The translations under genes were made by a program, and so were the position numbers. A stretch of 64,000 nucleotides of DNA from Chiloscyllium plagiosum. Its lineage: Eukaryota. The stretch is from positions 40,872,969 to 40,936,968 of the forward strand of contig NC_057719.1 of the NCBI RefSeq assembly GCF_004010195.1, read 5' to 3'. The notes beneath the pieces are model-generated. The model made no database searches. It was not told the DNA's origin and saw nothing but the letters and a program-made list of their open reading frames with translations. Below are positions 1-13,012 of the stretch, one piece after another (position 1 is the stretch's first letter; every line of letters starts with the position of its first letter).

Positions 1-665
1 TGTGGGAGTGGCCATGATGGGGGCGGAAGTGACATCATCAATCAGCGTGGGGGTGGTAGCTGCATCAGCCGCATGGCTAATGGCCAGGGGAATCTTCTGG
101 AATGTTTGAGGAGCGCTGGTTATGGAGGTGGGTGGATAAAAGTTTGTTGTACTTACAGTTTTTGATGTTTGAGATGGAGTTGAAATACTGTTTGTTGAGA
201 GTATGAATTCTCCTGAGGATGTAGTACAGAGTGGGTCCTTTGCAATTCTGAGAGAGTGTGGCCCTCAGCTGAGGGAGGGCTGACTGTAGAGAGGTTAGGT
301 GCCGGCGCATTGCTGCAAGCGTGGAGCGGAGGATCTTGAAGGAGAACCATTGCTGGTGTTTTTGAATCTGTAGTCTGTACTGTTTGTCTTGTTCGGGTCC
401 GAACTCTGCTGGTTTAAAGGTGGTCTGGAGTCCATGTGGGATGAGTTGGCTATGGAGGCAGGCACTGAGGAAGCAAATGTGGCTGTGATGGCAAGTTTGT
501 TTCAGGACATGGTTGAAGAGCTTCAGGGCAGAGGAAATGACCTGGGAGTTGCAGTGGGAGAGGGACTCCCTGAGATTCTTGTAGAGAGAGGAGGAAAACT
601 TCTTCAAGGCAGGCATCCTTTCAAGAGGATTCGCAGTAGGGCTAAAATCAACGAGGTAAAACAAA
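1..665 (-). mobile_element. Penelope-like element, N-terminal ORF region, continuing off the left edge
   Basis: ORF 77-691(-) contains HSHICFLSACLHSQLIPHGLQ, resembling the H..FL..C....IP.G motif of PLE N-termini. It begins just after a TTTTACCT motif similar to the ends of the short PLE termini in this window. Confidence 0.65.
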
Positions 666-687
666 TCCACACTGACCCACCACCCGT

Positions 688-868
688 ACATTTAGCCAAT
701 TTAGCATGCCCAATTCACCTAACCTTCACGTTTTTGGAATTTGGGAGGAAACCCACACAGACACAGGGAGAATGTGCAAACTCTACACAGTCAGTTACCT
801 GAGGCAGGAATTGAACCCAGGTCTCTGGCACTGTGAGGCAGCAGTGCTAACCACTGTGCCACTGTGCT
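688..868 (-). mobile_element. HE1/V-SINE-type tRNA-derived SINE, partial
   Basis: Reverse complement reads GCACAGTGGCACAGTGGTTAGCACTGCTGCC...GGTTCAATTCC (A/B boxes) and includes the TTTGCACATTCTCCC central domain. Confidence 0.85.
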
Positions 869-1781
869 AGGTACCAAAAAAATGTAATGTTTCGTTAAAG
901 CAAATGAAGGAAGTTCTATTTTTGCTATTTATTGTTTTACAAAACTTAGAGGTTTTGAGATCTTTTATGGATTTCAGAAACTGATTGAACCATTAATTAA
1001 TAAAACTAATTGTCCAAGGCTACAAATTTATAAAGCAAATGCATCATTTGATACTCCATATGATATTTTTCGAACCTACCACTATGGACAAGGATGAAAG
1101 GACATCAATGGGACTGATGTTGGTGTAGCGAGAGACCTGAAACCAGAACCGACCTATCAGCTGGAGAGCCACACCACTTTTCTTGAAAGTCATACCTGAA
1201 TTAAATGCCTGTTAAGCAAATAACTGGCCAGTGCTGGATCTTTCATGGGGTTGAGGACCTGGGAGTGGAAATTCTCCTCCCTATGTGACAGCACTCAATC
1301 AGAGGTCAGCAACCCTCTATTGCCTATCAGAGCTACTGAGATGGTGGCTGCCACTCACGGTGGTAGTGAGAGTCTCAGGATCAATGATGGACCAAGGCCA
1401 CTGATGTATGAGGGCAAGATGTGGATTGCAGGAATGGGTTGGGGGAGGGGGGGGGGGGTGCTAGCAAGAAGAAGTGAAAAATTTGTTTTATTCACTCGTA
1501 GGACTTAGGCATCGCTGGCTGGCCAGCATTTTATTGCATGCTCCCTAGTTGCCCTTGAGAAGGTGATGGTGAGCTGCCTTTTTGAACTGCTGCAGTCCAT
1601 GTACAAGGGGAGAAGGGTGCAAGAAAGTAGATTGGAGCATGGCTATGAGTAGGCCTTTTCTATATTCACCCCTTTCCTGATGCTAGCTCCATTAAGTCTG
1701 GCAATGAGTAACTTTGAACGAAGGACACCACAGAAGACCAGAGGCAATCCTAACCAAGTCTCTAGTAAAGTTAACACAGCC

Positions 1782-1912
1782 TGTTCTGATGGAAGAGGTT
1801 AATATCTGACTGAAACGTTAACTCTGTTTCTCCCTCCACAGATTGTAAGACTTGCTAAATTTCTCCAGGTTTTAATTTCAGATTTCTGACATCCACAGAA
1901 ATTCACTTTTAT
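1782..1912 (+). mobile_element. Old Penelope-like terminus with decayed hammerhead motif
   Basis: TTCTGATGGAAGAGG...GAAACGTTAACTCTGTTTCTCCCTCCACAGA resembles the termini at 3451-3659 and 42975-43110. Confidence 0.6.
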
Positions 1913-2249
1913 TGACTGACTCAATCACTGTTGATCTGGGGTGCAGTAATTGTTTATTAAGATGTTGCATTATCAAACTTTGAGTGTTATTACAGCAGAA
2001 GGAGCATTAGATAACTGGAATAACAGATATTCAAGAAGAAGCAAATATCTGTGACAAAATTTGTATATGATGGTCTATTAGCATACTGTAATTTGCCTGA
2101 TATTTCTGGAAGTAACAATCTCATTCCTATGGCTTTAGGTCAGTTAGGTAGTTAATGGAACATCAGGTCCTGGTCCTTTATAAACACCAGTTGTTGTTTT
2201 ATTTTTATAGCTTCTTTTGTATAGTAAAATGGACCAAGCCACTTCACAG

Positions 2250-2441
2250 AGTGTGGTGCTGGAAAACACAGCAGGTCAGGCAGCATCCAAGGATCAGGAG
2301 AATTGACATCAGCTCTCCTGATGAAGGGCTAATATCCAAAACATCAATTCTCCTGCTCCTCGGATGCTGCCTGACCTACTGTGCTTTTCCAGTACCACAA
2401 TCTCGACTCTGATCTCCAGCATCTGCAGTCCTCACTTTCTA
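2250..2441 (+). mobile_element. Fold-back Penelope-like mini-element, family A
   Basis: Inverted arms flank a CTGATGAAGGGC core. TSD caagccact(t/a)cacag at 2235-2249 and 2442-2456. Confidence 0.85.
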
Positions 2442-2489
2442 CAAGCCACTACACAGCAGCATTATTAAATAAAGTTGGACAATAGACGC

Positions 2490-3436
2490 AAAATAAATAT
2501 TTTGGCAAATGGTTAAAGGCTTGGTCAAAGAAGTTGATTTTAGGTAGTGTCTTAATGCAGGGAGAAAAGTCTAAGAGGGGGCAGAGATTGAAGGTAATAA
2601 CCCAGAACGTGGTGTTTTGGCAGCTGAAGGTGCAGCAAGTAATGTCAGGCTTTTTCAGGAGGCCACGTTTGGAGGAGCATAGGTATTCCAAAACTTTGTA
2701 GGGAAGGAGAAGTTTATTGAGGTCGGGAAAGGCTATAGGAGTGTGAACACAAGGATGAGAATTCAAAATTGAGCTATTGCTTTACTGGGAGAAATACAGA
2801 TTAGCAGCCAAAGAATGGGTAAACAGGACTTGGGAAAGCTATTACATGGGCAACAAGAGATTTGGATGACCTCAAATTTACAAGGGGTAGAGGGAAGGGG
2901 TTGGCCAGAAGTGTATTGCATTGGTCAAATGTGGAATTAACAAAGATATGCATAAGGATTTTAACACCAGATGTGCTGAGGCTTTGTCAATGTCATGGAT
3001 CTGGAAATAGACTACTTAATGATGGCACAAACATGTGTTTGGAAGCTCACCGTGGGGTTAAAAATGTTACCAAATTTGTGAACTGTTTGGCTCAACTTCA
3101 GACAGGAAGAGGGATGCAATCAATGGCAGAATTTGTAGAAGAGACTTATAGTATGGCTTCAGTCTTCCCAGTACTTAATCAGAGGAAACATTTGTCCTTC
3201 CAGAGCTGGATGTTGAACAGACAGTCTGCCAATTTAAAGATAATGCAAGAGTTCAGTAAGTTCGAGTTGAGATGAAGCTGAGTGTTGTCAGTATATGTCG
3301 GATTGTGAGTTTTTGGATGAATTCACCAAAGGGCAGCCCATAAAGTGAAGACCCAAAAATAGATCCTTGTGGGACACCTGGGATCATAATGTGGGAGTGG
3401 AAAGAGAAGCAATTGCAGACGAATCTTGGTCACAAC
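2490..3436 (-). mobile_element. Decayed L2-type LINE 3' portion
   Basis: Reverse complement shows a GVPQGS-like codon string near 3361-3380 and an L2-like 3' tail (CTTTGACCAAGC) near 2520. Confidence 0.6.
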
Positions 3437-3450
3437 TGGCTATCCTTAAT

Positions 3451-3659
3451 TAAATGAACTATGGACTTTGTAAATCAGGAACAAAAACTGAAGTTGCTGG
3501 AACAGCTTAGCAGGTCTGCCAGCATATGTGAAGAAAAATCAGAGTTAATGTTTCAAGTCTGGTGACCCTTCCTCAGAAAGGGTCACTGGACCCAAAACGT
3601 TAACTCTGATTTTTCTTCACAGATGCTGCCAGACCTGCTTAGCTTTCCAGCAACTTTTG
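3451..3659 (-). mobile_element. Fold-back Penelope-like mini-element, family B
   Basis: Inverted arms of about 80 bp meet at about 3570-3580, at a CTGAGGA-A-GGGTC core. Perfect 14-bp TSD tggctatccttaat at 3437-3450 and 3660-3673. Confidence 0.85.
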
Positions 3660-4389
3660 TGGCTATCCTTAATACTTAATCATACATTTAAAACTTCTAC
3701 TTAATTTGAAATCTAACTTCTAGATGATTCATCACATTATAATAGTATAATTTCTTCCTCTCCCTCAATGCTGAACTGAAAACCAAATTACATCACATAG
3801 ATGTGATGACAACTTGCTATCATTAAGCATGTATAAAATAGCTTCAGAAAATGCACTGGGCTGTACTGTGGAGGGAAATCTACTATTGAGAAGATAATGG
3901 CTTATAATTGTATGTCTTACATTGCAACAAGCAGGCAGGTGAATATTTTGCACTGGAGAACATTAGTGCCACTTGAAGAAAATGTAATTTAGTCTGGATA
4001 TACTAATGGCTGACTTCAATCCTTGTGATATATAAATAATAATTAGATGTGGCTCATGTATTTGTGCCATTGTGCAAATTTCAAAATTAATTTACAAATA
4101 AGCATTTTAGCATTTGGTAAACCAGCCATTCCATTGTTGTAATTGTATTTATTTATAACATCCTTGTCAAATGCAGTTTAAGATTTCAGTTATTTAGATT
4201 GGGTATAGTAAGTGCCCCACTCCATTTTAACTACCCCTTTCTCAGGTTTCTGCCAGGTTTGGGGAGATTATAATCAACTCTTTATAATTAAATAATTAAG
4301 CATGAAGAATGACTGTTTCGAGAAGCTTCCAAAACTCTCCCCAAACCCGAGCCATTACCATGTGGAGAGAAGAGAAAAGGGAAAATGAT

Positions 4390-4742
4390 ATAAGACCATA
4401 AGACATAGGAGCTGAAATTAGGCCATTCAGCCCATCAGGTCTGCTCTACCATTCAATCATGGCTGAATCGTTTCTTGACCCTATTCTCCTGCTTTCTTCT
4501 GTAACCCTTGATTCCCTTGATACTCAAACACCTATCTATGTCAATCTTATATATACTCAATGACCTGGCCTCCACAGCCTTCTGTGGCAATGAATTCCAC
4601 AGATTCACCACTCCCTGGTTGAAGAATTTTCTCCTTATCTCCATTGTAAAAGGTCTTCCTTTTACTCTAAGGCTGTGCCCTCAGGTCCTCATCTCTCCTA
4701 CCAATAGAAACATCTTCCGAACATCCATTCTGTCCAGGCCTC
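4390..4742 (-). mobile_element. CR1-type LINE 3' end
   Basis: ORF 4453-4644(-) RRKFFNQGVVNLWNSLPQKAVEA is a CR1 ORF2 C-terminal motif; (TAAGACCA)-type tail. Confidence 0.85.
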
Positions 4743-7414
4743 TGCAAGGAATATTAATGATTAAAGGATTTTCTAGGAACAGATTTTCCTCATTAAATTT
4801 AGATAAGGTGGCTTCCCTGAGCAAACAGCACTGAGAAAGTTCAAATGGGAACATCTTTTTCTGCCCATTAATTCAAGCAGACAGGACATCAGGCAGACTC
4901 TGGTACACGTGAGCAATCCACCCTCGCCTTCTTACGCTGTACATTGAGAACATTTATTTGCTCAAATACAGTAAGAAGAAATGTTCATAAAACAAACTGA
5001 CATTCTTTAAATTCCAAAAGCAATGGGCCTTATCTTCTAATATCAACCACAGCAAATATTGAGGCAACCTGTTGTGTGTTAGGACTCATCAGAAGCCCTG
5101 ATCCAAATATATGCGATGGAATTGCCTGAGAAGTTTAAAGTTCCAAAAGGCAGATTTTCACTGTCCAAGATCTTTAAGAATCAAAGTTGTTACACTGTTT
5201 AACCTATAGTCTAACTCAGTGATTAACAACAGAACTTAACCCATCAGACCCACACACAGTCCGAATATACCACCCACCATCCATCTGACCTGACTATCCT
5301 CTGTATGACCCCACCCAACCATTCACTCACTCAACTAGTCACTCAGTGACTCCTCTGAAAACCTTTGTGATCTTTAATTGCTTAGCTAAATGTGGCAGCT
5401 GATATTATAAATATGTGCTGTGTTGTTTGTGCTGTTCATCACAGTGGATGGTTTCTTGACCAGTTTGAAAGATGTGAAAAGATAAGGGCAGAGCAATTTT
5501 CACCACCAATGGTGTTTTCACCGTCAATGGTGATTGCCTAGCGTTGTCACTGATTGGAAGCTCTGGATCAATAAAGGAGCTAGGTATACCTTTGTTCATT
5601 CAAAGTACATAGCTTTTGTTTTCTGAGAAAAGAATACAGTTTGTATTCATATTCCCTCTTGTTTTTCCTGACTTGATATAAAAGTTGTGGATGAGTCAAG
5701 AATATAGCTTGCTAAATGTTAAGTTCCAATTAAATAGCAGTCAAACCAAAGCATTGTTTTTGGCCTTCACCACAAAATCAGTTGCATTATTGTTGATTTG
5801 CTCCCTCCTTGGCCACTGTTTCTGTCCCATTCAGATTATTTGTAAACTTTGCACCTTTTTGATATTCGGCTGAGTATCTAAACATACATCTCTGATATAA
5901 CAAAGACTATCTACCTCGACTTCGATAACATTGTGTCTCCACTGCTGCCTCAGCTGATCTAAGCATGACAATTCTGAGGTTCTGTTGGCTGATCTCTCAT
6001 CTTCCTTGTACTTATTTATTAGCAGCCTGTATCCTGACAACAAATCCCATTTGCCAATCACCCCTATGCTTGGTAATCTACTTGGGTACTTGGTCTGCCA
6101 ATATCTTAACATTTTGATCCTTGTGTTCAAATCCACCCAAAACCATCCAAGAATGTCTCCTTTCTCTAACTCTGGCTTCTTGCACATCACTCTCTCCACT
6201 TCATTTTTGTCTTGTGCCCTCAAATTCCATTTCTAAAATTCAGCACCTCTGCACCTCTCTCTACTTTTCAGAGCTGGATCAAAATCTATCCTTTAGGTCA
6301 GCTATTCTATTCTCTTCTTCGGTTTGTGTAAGGTTTTGTCTTTTTTTCAAATTTTTTCAAGGACATGGGCGTCGTTGGGTGGCCAGCATTTATTGCTTCT
6401 CCCTAGTTGCTGTTGAGAAGGTGGTGGTGAGTTGCCTTCTTGAACCTGCTGTGGTTTAACCCAGGATGCCCTTTTGGAGGGAATTCCAAGATTTTGACCC
6501 AGTGACAGTGAAGGAACAGTGATATATTTCCAAGTCAGAATCATGCAGGACTTGGAGGGGAACTTGAAAGTGGTGGTGTTCCCATACATCTACTGTGGTT
6601 GTCCTCCTACATGGAAGTGGTTGAGTGTTTGGAACATGCTGTCTAAGGAATTTCTGCAATGCATTTTGTAAATAATAGCAGCAGTGTGTACTGAGCATCA
6701 GTGGTGGGGGGAGTGGATGCTTGTGGATGTGGTGCCAGACAAAAGGACCATTTTGTCCTGATTGGTGTCAAGCTTCTTGAGTATTGTTGCAGCTGCACCC
6801 ATCCAGGCAAATGGGGAGTATTGCATCACACTCCTGACTTGTGCCTTGTAAGGTGGTGGACAGGATTTGGGGAGTCAGAAGGTGAGTTACTCACCGCTGT
6901 ATTCCAAGCCTCTGACCTGCTGTTGTAGCCACTGTGTTTATATGGCAAGTTTAGTGAGTTTCTGGTTCATGATGACTCCCAGGAAGTTGATAGTTGGGGA
7001 TTCAATGATGATAACACCATTAAATGCCAAGGGGCAGTGGTTAGATTGTCTCTTATTGGAGATGATCATAGTCTGGCATTTGTGTGGCTCGAATGTTACT
7101 TGCCCCTTGTCAGCCGAAGGCTTAATATTGTTCAGATCTTGTTGCAGTTGACCACTGATTGCTTCAGTATGTGAGGAGTTGCAGTAGTGCTGAACATTGT
7201 GCAATATTGGTGAACATTGCCACTTCTGATATTATGATTGAGGGAAGGTCATTGATGAAGCAGCTGAAGGACACTATTCTGAGGAACTCTTGCAGAGATG
7301 TACTGGAGCTGAGATGACTGACCTCCAATGACCACGCCCATCTTCCTATGTGTCAGGTATGAATCTAACCACCAGAGAGTTTGCCCCCGATACCCATTGA
7401 TTCCAGTTTTGTTA

Positions 7415-8041
7415 GAAATAGAGTGAGATATAACTTTATTGTCACATGTACTCAAATGCGTACAATGAAAAGTTTACAAGTCGCCACTTATGGCGCCATC
7501 TTAGGTACAAAGGTACCGAGGTAAAGATTGTTAAGTACAAATCAGAAAAGTAAAGAAATAAGAAGTCCAGCAATATAGATCATTGGAATAAATGAGAAAA
7601 TAAAGAAATAGAAAATTCAGAATAACAGTCCTTCCAAACCAGTCAGACTTCACCTTGACGCTGTCAAGGCTAGCAGACCACTCTGTAATTAATCTTGAGG
7701 CTAGAAGTCCATGTTGAGGCCACGCTAACCTTCTGACAAGTAGCCGCACTGATCTGAGAAATTACTACGCCAGGTCCGCTCTGAGGCCAGGAGTTGGAGC
7801 TTGCCATGAGGCCTGGAGTCTGAGTCTGTGCTGAGACCAGGAGGAGAAAGTGAGGTCTGCCAATGCTGGAGATCAGAGCTGAAAATGTGTTGCTGGAAAA
7901 GCGCAGCAGGTCAGGCAGCATCCAGGGAACAGGAGAATTGGCATTTCGGGCATAAGCCCTTCTTTAGGGCTTCTTCAGGGCTGAGACCAAGAGTTCAGGG
8001 CATCACCAAGACGAAAGAATGAAAAACACACAAAAGGGAAA
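7415..8041 (-). mobile_element. Non-autonomous retroelement with a Rex1/Babar-like 3' tail, inserted in the CR1 LINE
   Basis: Reverse complement ends TTTCATTGTAC...TACATGTGACAATAAA, a Rex1-like tail recalled from memory. It cleanly interrupts the LINE. Confidence 0.5.
7844..7979 (-). mobile_element. Penelope-like terminus, family A, with decayed hammerhead
   Basis: Same terminal sequence as 9353-9559. TSD gctgagacca(g/a)gag at 7830-7843 and 7980-7993. Confidence 0.85.
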
Positions 8042-9352
8042 AGGGCTCCTTGATGCCACACTCAGTCAAATGCATCCTTGGTGTCAAGGTTTGTCATCTC
8101 ACCTTACCTCCTGGAATTCAGCTCTTTTGTCCATGTTTGACCCAAGGCTGTAATGAAGTCAGGAGATGAGTAGCCCTGGTGGAACCCAAACTGGGCGTAA
8201 CTGAGTAGGTTATTGCTGAGCAGGTGCTGCTTGATGACTCTTTCCATCACTTTACTGACGATCAAGAGTAGACTGATGGGGCAGTAATTGACTGGATTGG
8301 ATCTGTCCTGCTTTGCATGTATAGAACAAACCTGTGCAATTTTCCACCTTGTTGGGTAGTGCCAGTGTTGTAACTTTACTGGAACAGCTTAGCCAGGGAG
8401 CGACACATTCTGGAGCACAAGTTTTTAGTATTATTGCCGGAAAGTTGTCAGGCCCATAATCTTTGCAGTATCTAGTGTTTCCAACTGTTTCTTGATATCA
8501 CATGGAGTGAGTCAAATTGGCTGGAGACTGGTATCTGAAATGCTGGGGACCATTGGAGAAGGCTGAGATGGATCATTCAATCGGCACTTCTTGCTGAAGA
8601 TTGCTGTGAATGTTTCACCCTTATCTTTTGCACTGACTTGCTGGGCTCTTCCGTTATTGAGGATGGGGATATTTGTGGAGCCTCCTTCTCCAGTGAGTTG
8701 TTTAATTGTCCAACAACATTCATGACTGGATGTGGCAGGACTGCAGAGGTTAGATCTGATCTGTTGGTCGTGAGATCACTTAGCTCTGTCTATCACTTGT
8801 TGCTTCTGTTGTTTGGCATGCAAGTAGTCCTTGTGGCAGCTTCATCAGGCTGACGCCTCATCTTCAGGTATGCGTGGGACTGCTCCTGGCATGCCCTCCT
8901 GCACACTCCATTGAACCAGGTTTAATCCCCTGGCCTGATGGTATTGGTTGAGTGGGGGATATGCTGGGTCATGAGGTGGCAGAATGTGTTGGAGTACAGT
9001 TCTACTGCTGTTGATGGCCCACTGAACTGGATGTCCGGTTTTGAGCTGCTAAATTAGTTCAAAGTTTTATTTATAAGCACTATATAAATGCTAATTGTTG
9101 TTGGCTGTACAGACCATATTTTATTTTCCCTCACTGCTGATGATGTTGACTCCTTCCTAGAATAAGGTTCCATGAGTTTCAGTTACTCTCTATTTTCTCC
9201 AAATGACAGTTATTGATGCTTGATCATCAATGGTGAAAATTAGAAGGTTCGTCAATCAGAAATTGGGGGATGTGGGGATGAGGATGGAGGGGTGGCTATT
9301 ACTTTGCAGCCTGATCCTGTTCTTTCTTAAAAGCAAGGATCACTGAGTATTG

Positions 9353-9559
9353 GAGCTGAAAATGTGTTGCTGGAAAAGCGCAGCAGGTTAGGCAGCATCC
9401 AAGGAACAGGAGAATCGACGTTTCGGGCATAAGCCTGAAGAAGGGCTTATGCCCAAAACGTCGATTCTCCTGTTCCTTGCATGCTGCCTGACCTGTTGCG
9501 CTTTTCCAGCAACACATTTTCAGCTCTGATCTCCAGCATCTGCAGTCCTCACTTTCTCC
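9353..9559 (+). mobile_element. Fold-back Penelope-like mini-element, family A
   Basis: Near-perfect inverted arms of about 80 bp join at CTGAAGA (9435). Flanking repeat tcactg(a)gtattg at 9340-9352 and 9560-9571. Confidence 0.85.
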
Positions 9560-11069
9560 TCACTGGTATTGATCAGGAGTGGGAGCATTGACCAGCTTAT
9601 GGTTTTCTTAACTAGATGGATGGGGGATGTATGATGGTTGTGGTGGGTCTGAAAGCATAAAAACCAACTGTATTTCCTGTGCCCTTCCTCTGGCTAAAAC
9701 AAGTTAAATTAGTGCAATTGTGTGTGTTTTGCAGTCTATGCGACTCCATTTTCTCTGAACCATCAAGGAAGCAGACATTTAATTTTAAAGAGTCAGATTT
9801 AATCCCTCCATCATTGCGTATAATATGAGGATAAATCTAATTATTTAGGACAGTTACGTCAATAATCATAATTCATATTTATGTTTTATATTATTATATA
9901 ATTCAATTGTAATATTTTGCTAGTTAACCCTACCGCTTGCTATGACCAGACAGTAATTGGATATAATAAGGAAAATTACACTTCCCAATTGACAATGTTT
10001 AAGCTCACTTTTATTTATGATTGTGTTTCAACCTTATTAATCCACATTTTAACAGACATTATAAACAAACAACAATGTACTGCTGCAAAAGTATTAAGTG
10101 ATTCAGAATTTTCCTTTATGAATCTTATACCTAACTGAGGCTTTGAGAGAAAGGAAAGTGGCCAGACACGGAATGTACATTTTTTGCAGGATCTTACATC
10201 TTTGGTTTCTGCAAAAGTGGATTAATTTTTTAAAAAACGCATAAGAAAAGTTGCATGTGGGAAAAGGATTGCTTCTGATTGCGAGAGCACAGGCCACACC
10301 ACTTGCCTTCAGTCATGGCTTCTTGCTTCTCTTAGGCTGCTACATGACAGGAAGATTGATCAGAAACAGGAGTTAAGGGGACAAGATGCTTCCAGAGGGA
10401 GGAGAAGGACTTGAAGGGTGTGGTGAAGGCTTCTGCACAGGAAGCTTGAGTTACTGGAGTTCTCCCAGGAACATTTCTCTTGCCTGCACCTAAGAGATCC
10501 TGCAATAAATGTGTTGTCCAGATGCTTTCAGGAAGAAAATTCTCATATAATTCTTCCAGCTCTTGGAACTAGATCTGCAGCTTCACAACAGGGCAGGAAT
10601 AGTGCTGATAGTAACACTGTAGGTTGAAGAAAGCAACTTATTTCTAACGGTTTCCAGATGAGGTCCACTGCTACAGAGACGTGACACAAGCTGTTCATGC
10701 TTCCAGGAGAGAAACCAGAGAGAAATAGCATGACTGTGCATGTAGCTTTCAGCAGATAATAGGATTCTCCATAGAGCAGTCTGTCACCAACTGCACAGGC
10801 GTGACTTTACGGATGCTGCAGCTGCCTGTGAGGTATATCAAAATTCCTAAGATTACTCCACTCTATGGAGTTATTGGCCAAGCTGGTAGGTTCCTGCTGT
10901 CCTGACTCTTCCATTTTGTGATTCTTCCATTTTGCACTGGTCTGTTGTTCCATCAATCTTTCACCCATCACATCAAACCAATGGATGGCTTCCAATTCAC
11001 ACATTGTGGGTAGGGAATACAGTATTTTATGTTGTGCGAAGTAAAAATAGAGCATTATTTCATCTGGGA

Positions 11070-12790
11070 GGAATATTCTGGCCTTGGACAGTGAGAGGGA
11101 AGGAAGTAAAATGAAGTGTTTGTGTGGAAAGGTGTTGTGGGCAGGAGAGTTGATATTGGGTGCGATGAAGAAATGGACCAGTATGGTGAGGGAATGGCCC
11201 TTTTGGAATGCTAAATAGGGAAGGGAGAGGAAAGAGTGGATCCATCCTGAAATGTTGATTAACGATTTTGTGCTTATTGAGACTATTTAGGTGGAAGGCC
11301 GGGGGAACCAAAGTGTGGTTTTAAAGTTGGGAGAAGGGACAAGAGCAAATGTACAATGGGACAGACATGATTGAGTGCCTTGTCAACAATAGTGGAGGGG
11401 AATCCTTGTTGACAGAGAAGGAAGACGTCTCAGAAGTGTTGTATGGAAGACTCAGTTATTGAAAGTATTCAATGGAGATGAAAAAACTTGGAGCATGGAA
11501 TAGAGTCTGTACAAGAAGTAGAGTGTGAGGAAATGCACTTGAGGGAGAAGGGAGTCAGTTAGCTCATTTATTTGAACACCCTTAGAAACGGAGTTGAGAA
11601 ACGGAAGACATGATTTGGAAATGGACCAGGTGAATGTCAGGAAAGGATTGAAATTGGAAGCATTGGAATTTTCCAGTTCAGTTTGAGGGCAGGAAATGGC
11701 ACCAATGCAGATATCTATACATCAGAATCATAGCTGAACTGTCTTCACATCTCACAAAAAAAAGGTAGGCATTGCCAGGAGCCATATGGGTTCCAATAGC
11801 AACATTTTAACTTCAAGGAGTAGGCGGAATTGAAGGAGAAGTTGTTCAATGTTAGAAAACATTCAGCCGGGTAGAGGAGGATGCTGGTAGATGGACACAG
11901 ATTAGACATCTGCTCAGAGTAGGAGCAGAAATGCCCAGACCATGCTGGTGGGAAAGTGGAGGTGTAAAGGGTCTGCACACCCATGGTGTAGGTGAGACAG
12001 TTGGGTTGGTGAGGATTCGCCACGGCACATTCGCTGCCGCTGATTAGCCACTGTCAGTTCGCCACCAGCGTTTCTCCACTGGTGTCGTTTGACCTCTGGA
12101 GACTATTTGCCACCGGAAATATATATATGTACTGATTGTTTTCCCTCCCGCCTGTTCTTTCATACTTCTCAGACATATATATCATTTTATTGGTTTATAC
12201 ATAAAAATGAGTTACAAACACTTGCGGTGGCGAAGCGTCCTCAGCAGCCAGTGGGCGGTGGCGAAGCGTCCTCGGTGGTGGAAAGGCAGTGGCTAATCGG
12301 CGGCGGCGAATGGTCCCAGAGACGGTTAGGTTTAGGAAACTGGAAACACTTGACGTGTCAGAGGTCATTAGAAAGGTCAGGCAAATTGGTAAGAGACTGG
12401 AAAAATAATGTTAACATAGAAGGAAATCTGTTCAGTAGATCAGGAGTGAGGTTTATGGGCATTGATGTTTGTAGATCTTGGGAAGTAGATGAAAATGGGA
12501 TGTTTGTATTTCAAGGTTAATAGAGCTGTGGAGGAAAGATCTCCAGTGGAGATGAAGTCTGTGATAAACCTGGAGATGAATGCTTGATGTCCAATAGTGG
12601 GCTCATGGTCCAGCAGTAGCTAGGTGAAGTATTACAGATTTGGTGTTTGGCTCTGAAAGGTACAATAATTTGATAGACAACACCAGCACTATCCCTGTCA
12701 GCAAGTTTGATCATTGGACCTAAGAGAATAAAGTGCTGCATGAACCGAGAGAGGCAGGCCTGTGTAAGTGATGGAAGTTTAAAAGTTAAG
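11070..12790 (-). mobile_element. Old Penelope-like element RT remnant, interrupted at about 12008-12318
   Basis: Minus-strand peptides AECFLTLNNFSFNS and a frameshifted VAIGTHMAP (PLE RT motif B), plus IKLADRDSAGVV, typical of PLE RT. Confidence 0.7.
12008..12318. mobile_element. CpG-rich MITE/foldback-like insert, superfamily unassigned
   Basis: 28-bp inverted repeats (about 12029-12056 and 12285-12312, 3 transitions), repeated TTCGCCAC/GGTGGCGAA units and an AT-rich centre. Confidence 0.7.
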
Positions 12791-13012
12791 ATGGCTAATG
12801 TCATGGCTGAAATATTCATCATGGCCTAGGTGTTGTATTCTTTTCACCATCAGGTTATTCAAATATGATAAAGAAGAAATTAACTGTGGAGCTGCCTAGT
12901 CAGAACACTCACCAAGTGTCAGATAGATTTGCTAGTATAATTTGAGGAGGAACTGCCTGGATTCCGAGCAAAGGGCCCAGTTATAAATGTTAAGCCAGTG
13001 TAGTCATTGTCA

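Larger units (their letters stand above)
6347..9065 (-). mobile_element. CR1-clade LINE remnant of about 2 kb, interrupted at 7415-8041
   Basis: Decayed RT peptides LQQDLNNI...VTFEPHKCQ...FLGVI and WLDSYLTHRKMGVVIGGQSS...VPQNSVL. The sequence appears to rejoin across the insert (ttccagttttgtt / agggctccttgatgcc). Confidence 0.8.

Noticed and set aside
2311..2350. Active ribozymes at 2318, 7940-7980, 9435, 39470-39510, 40590 and 62080-62150
   Set aside because: Each has substitutions in the CUGANGA or GAAA core (often CpG decay) or has lost stem I, so they are counted as relics only.
9353..9559. Hairpins as pre-miRNAs or classical MITEs
   Set aside because: The arms match the terminus of the RT-bearing element at 13013-14808, are asymmetric, and have long variable TSDs.
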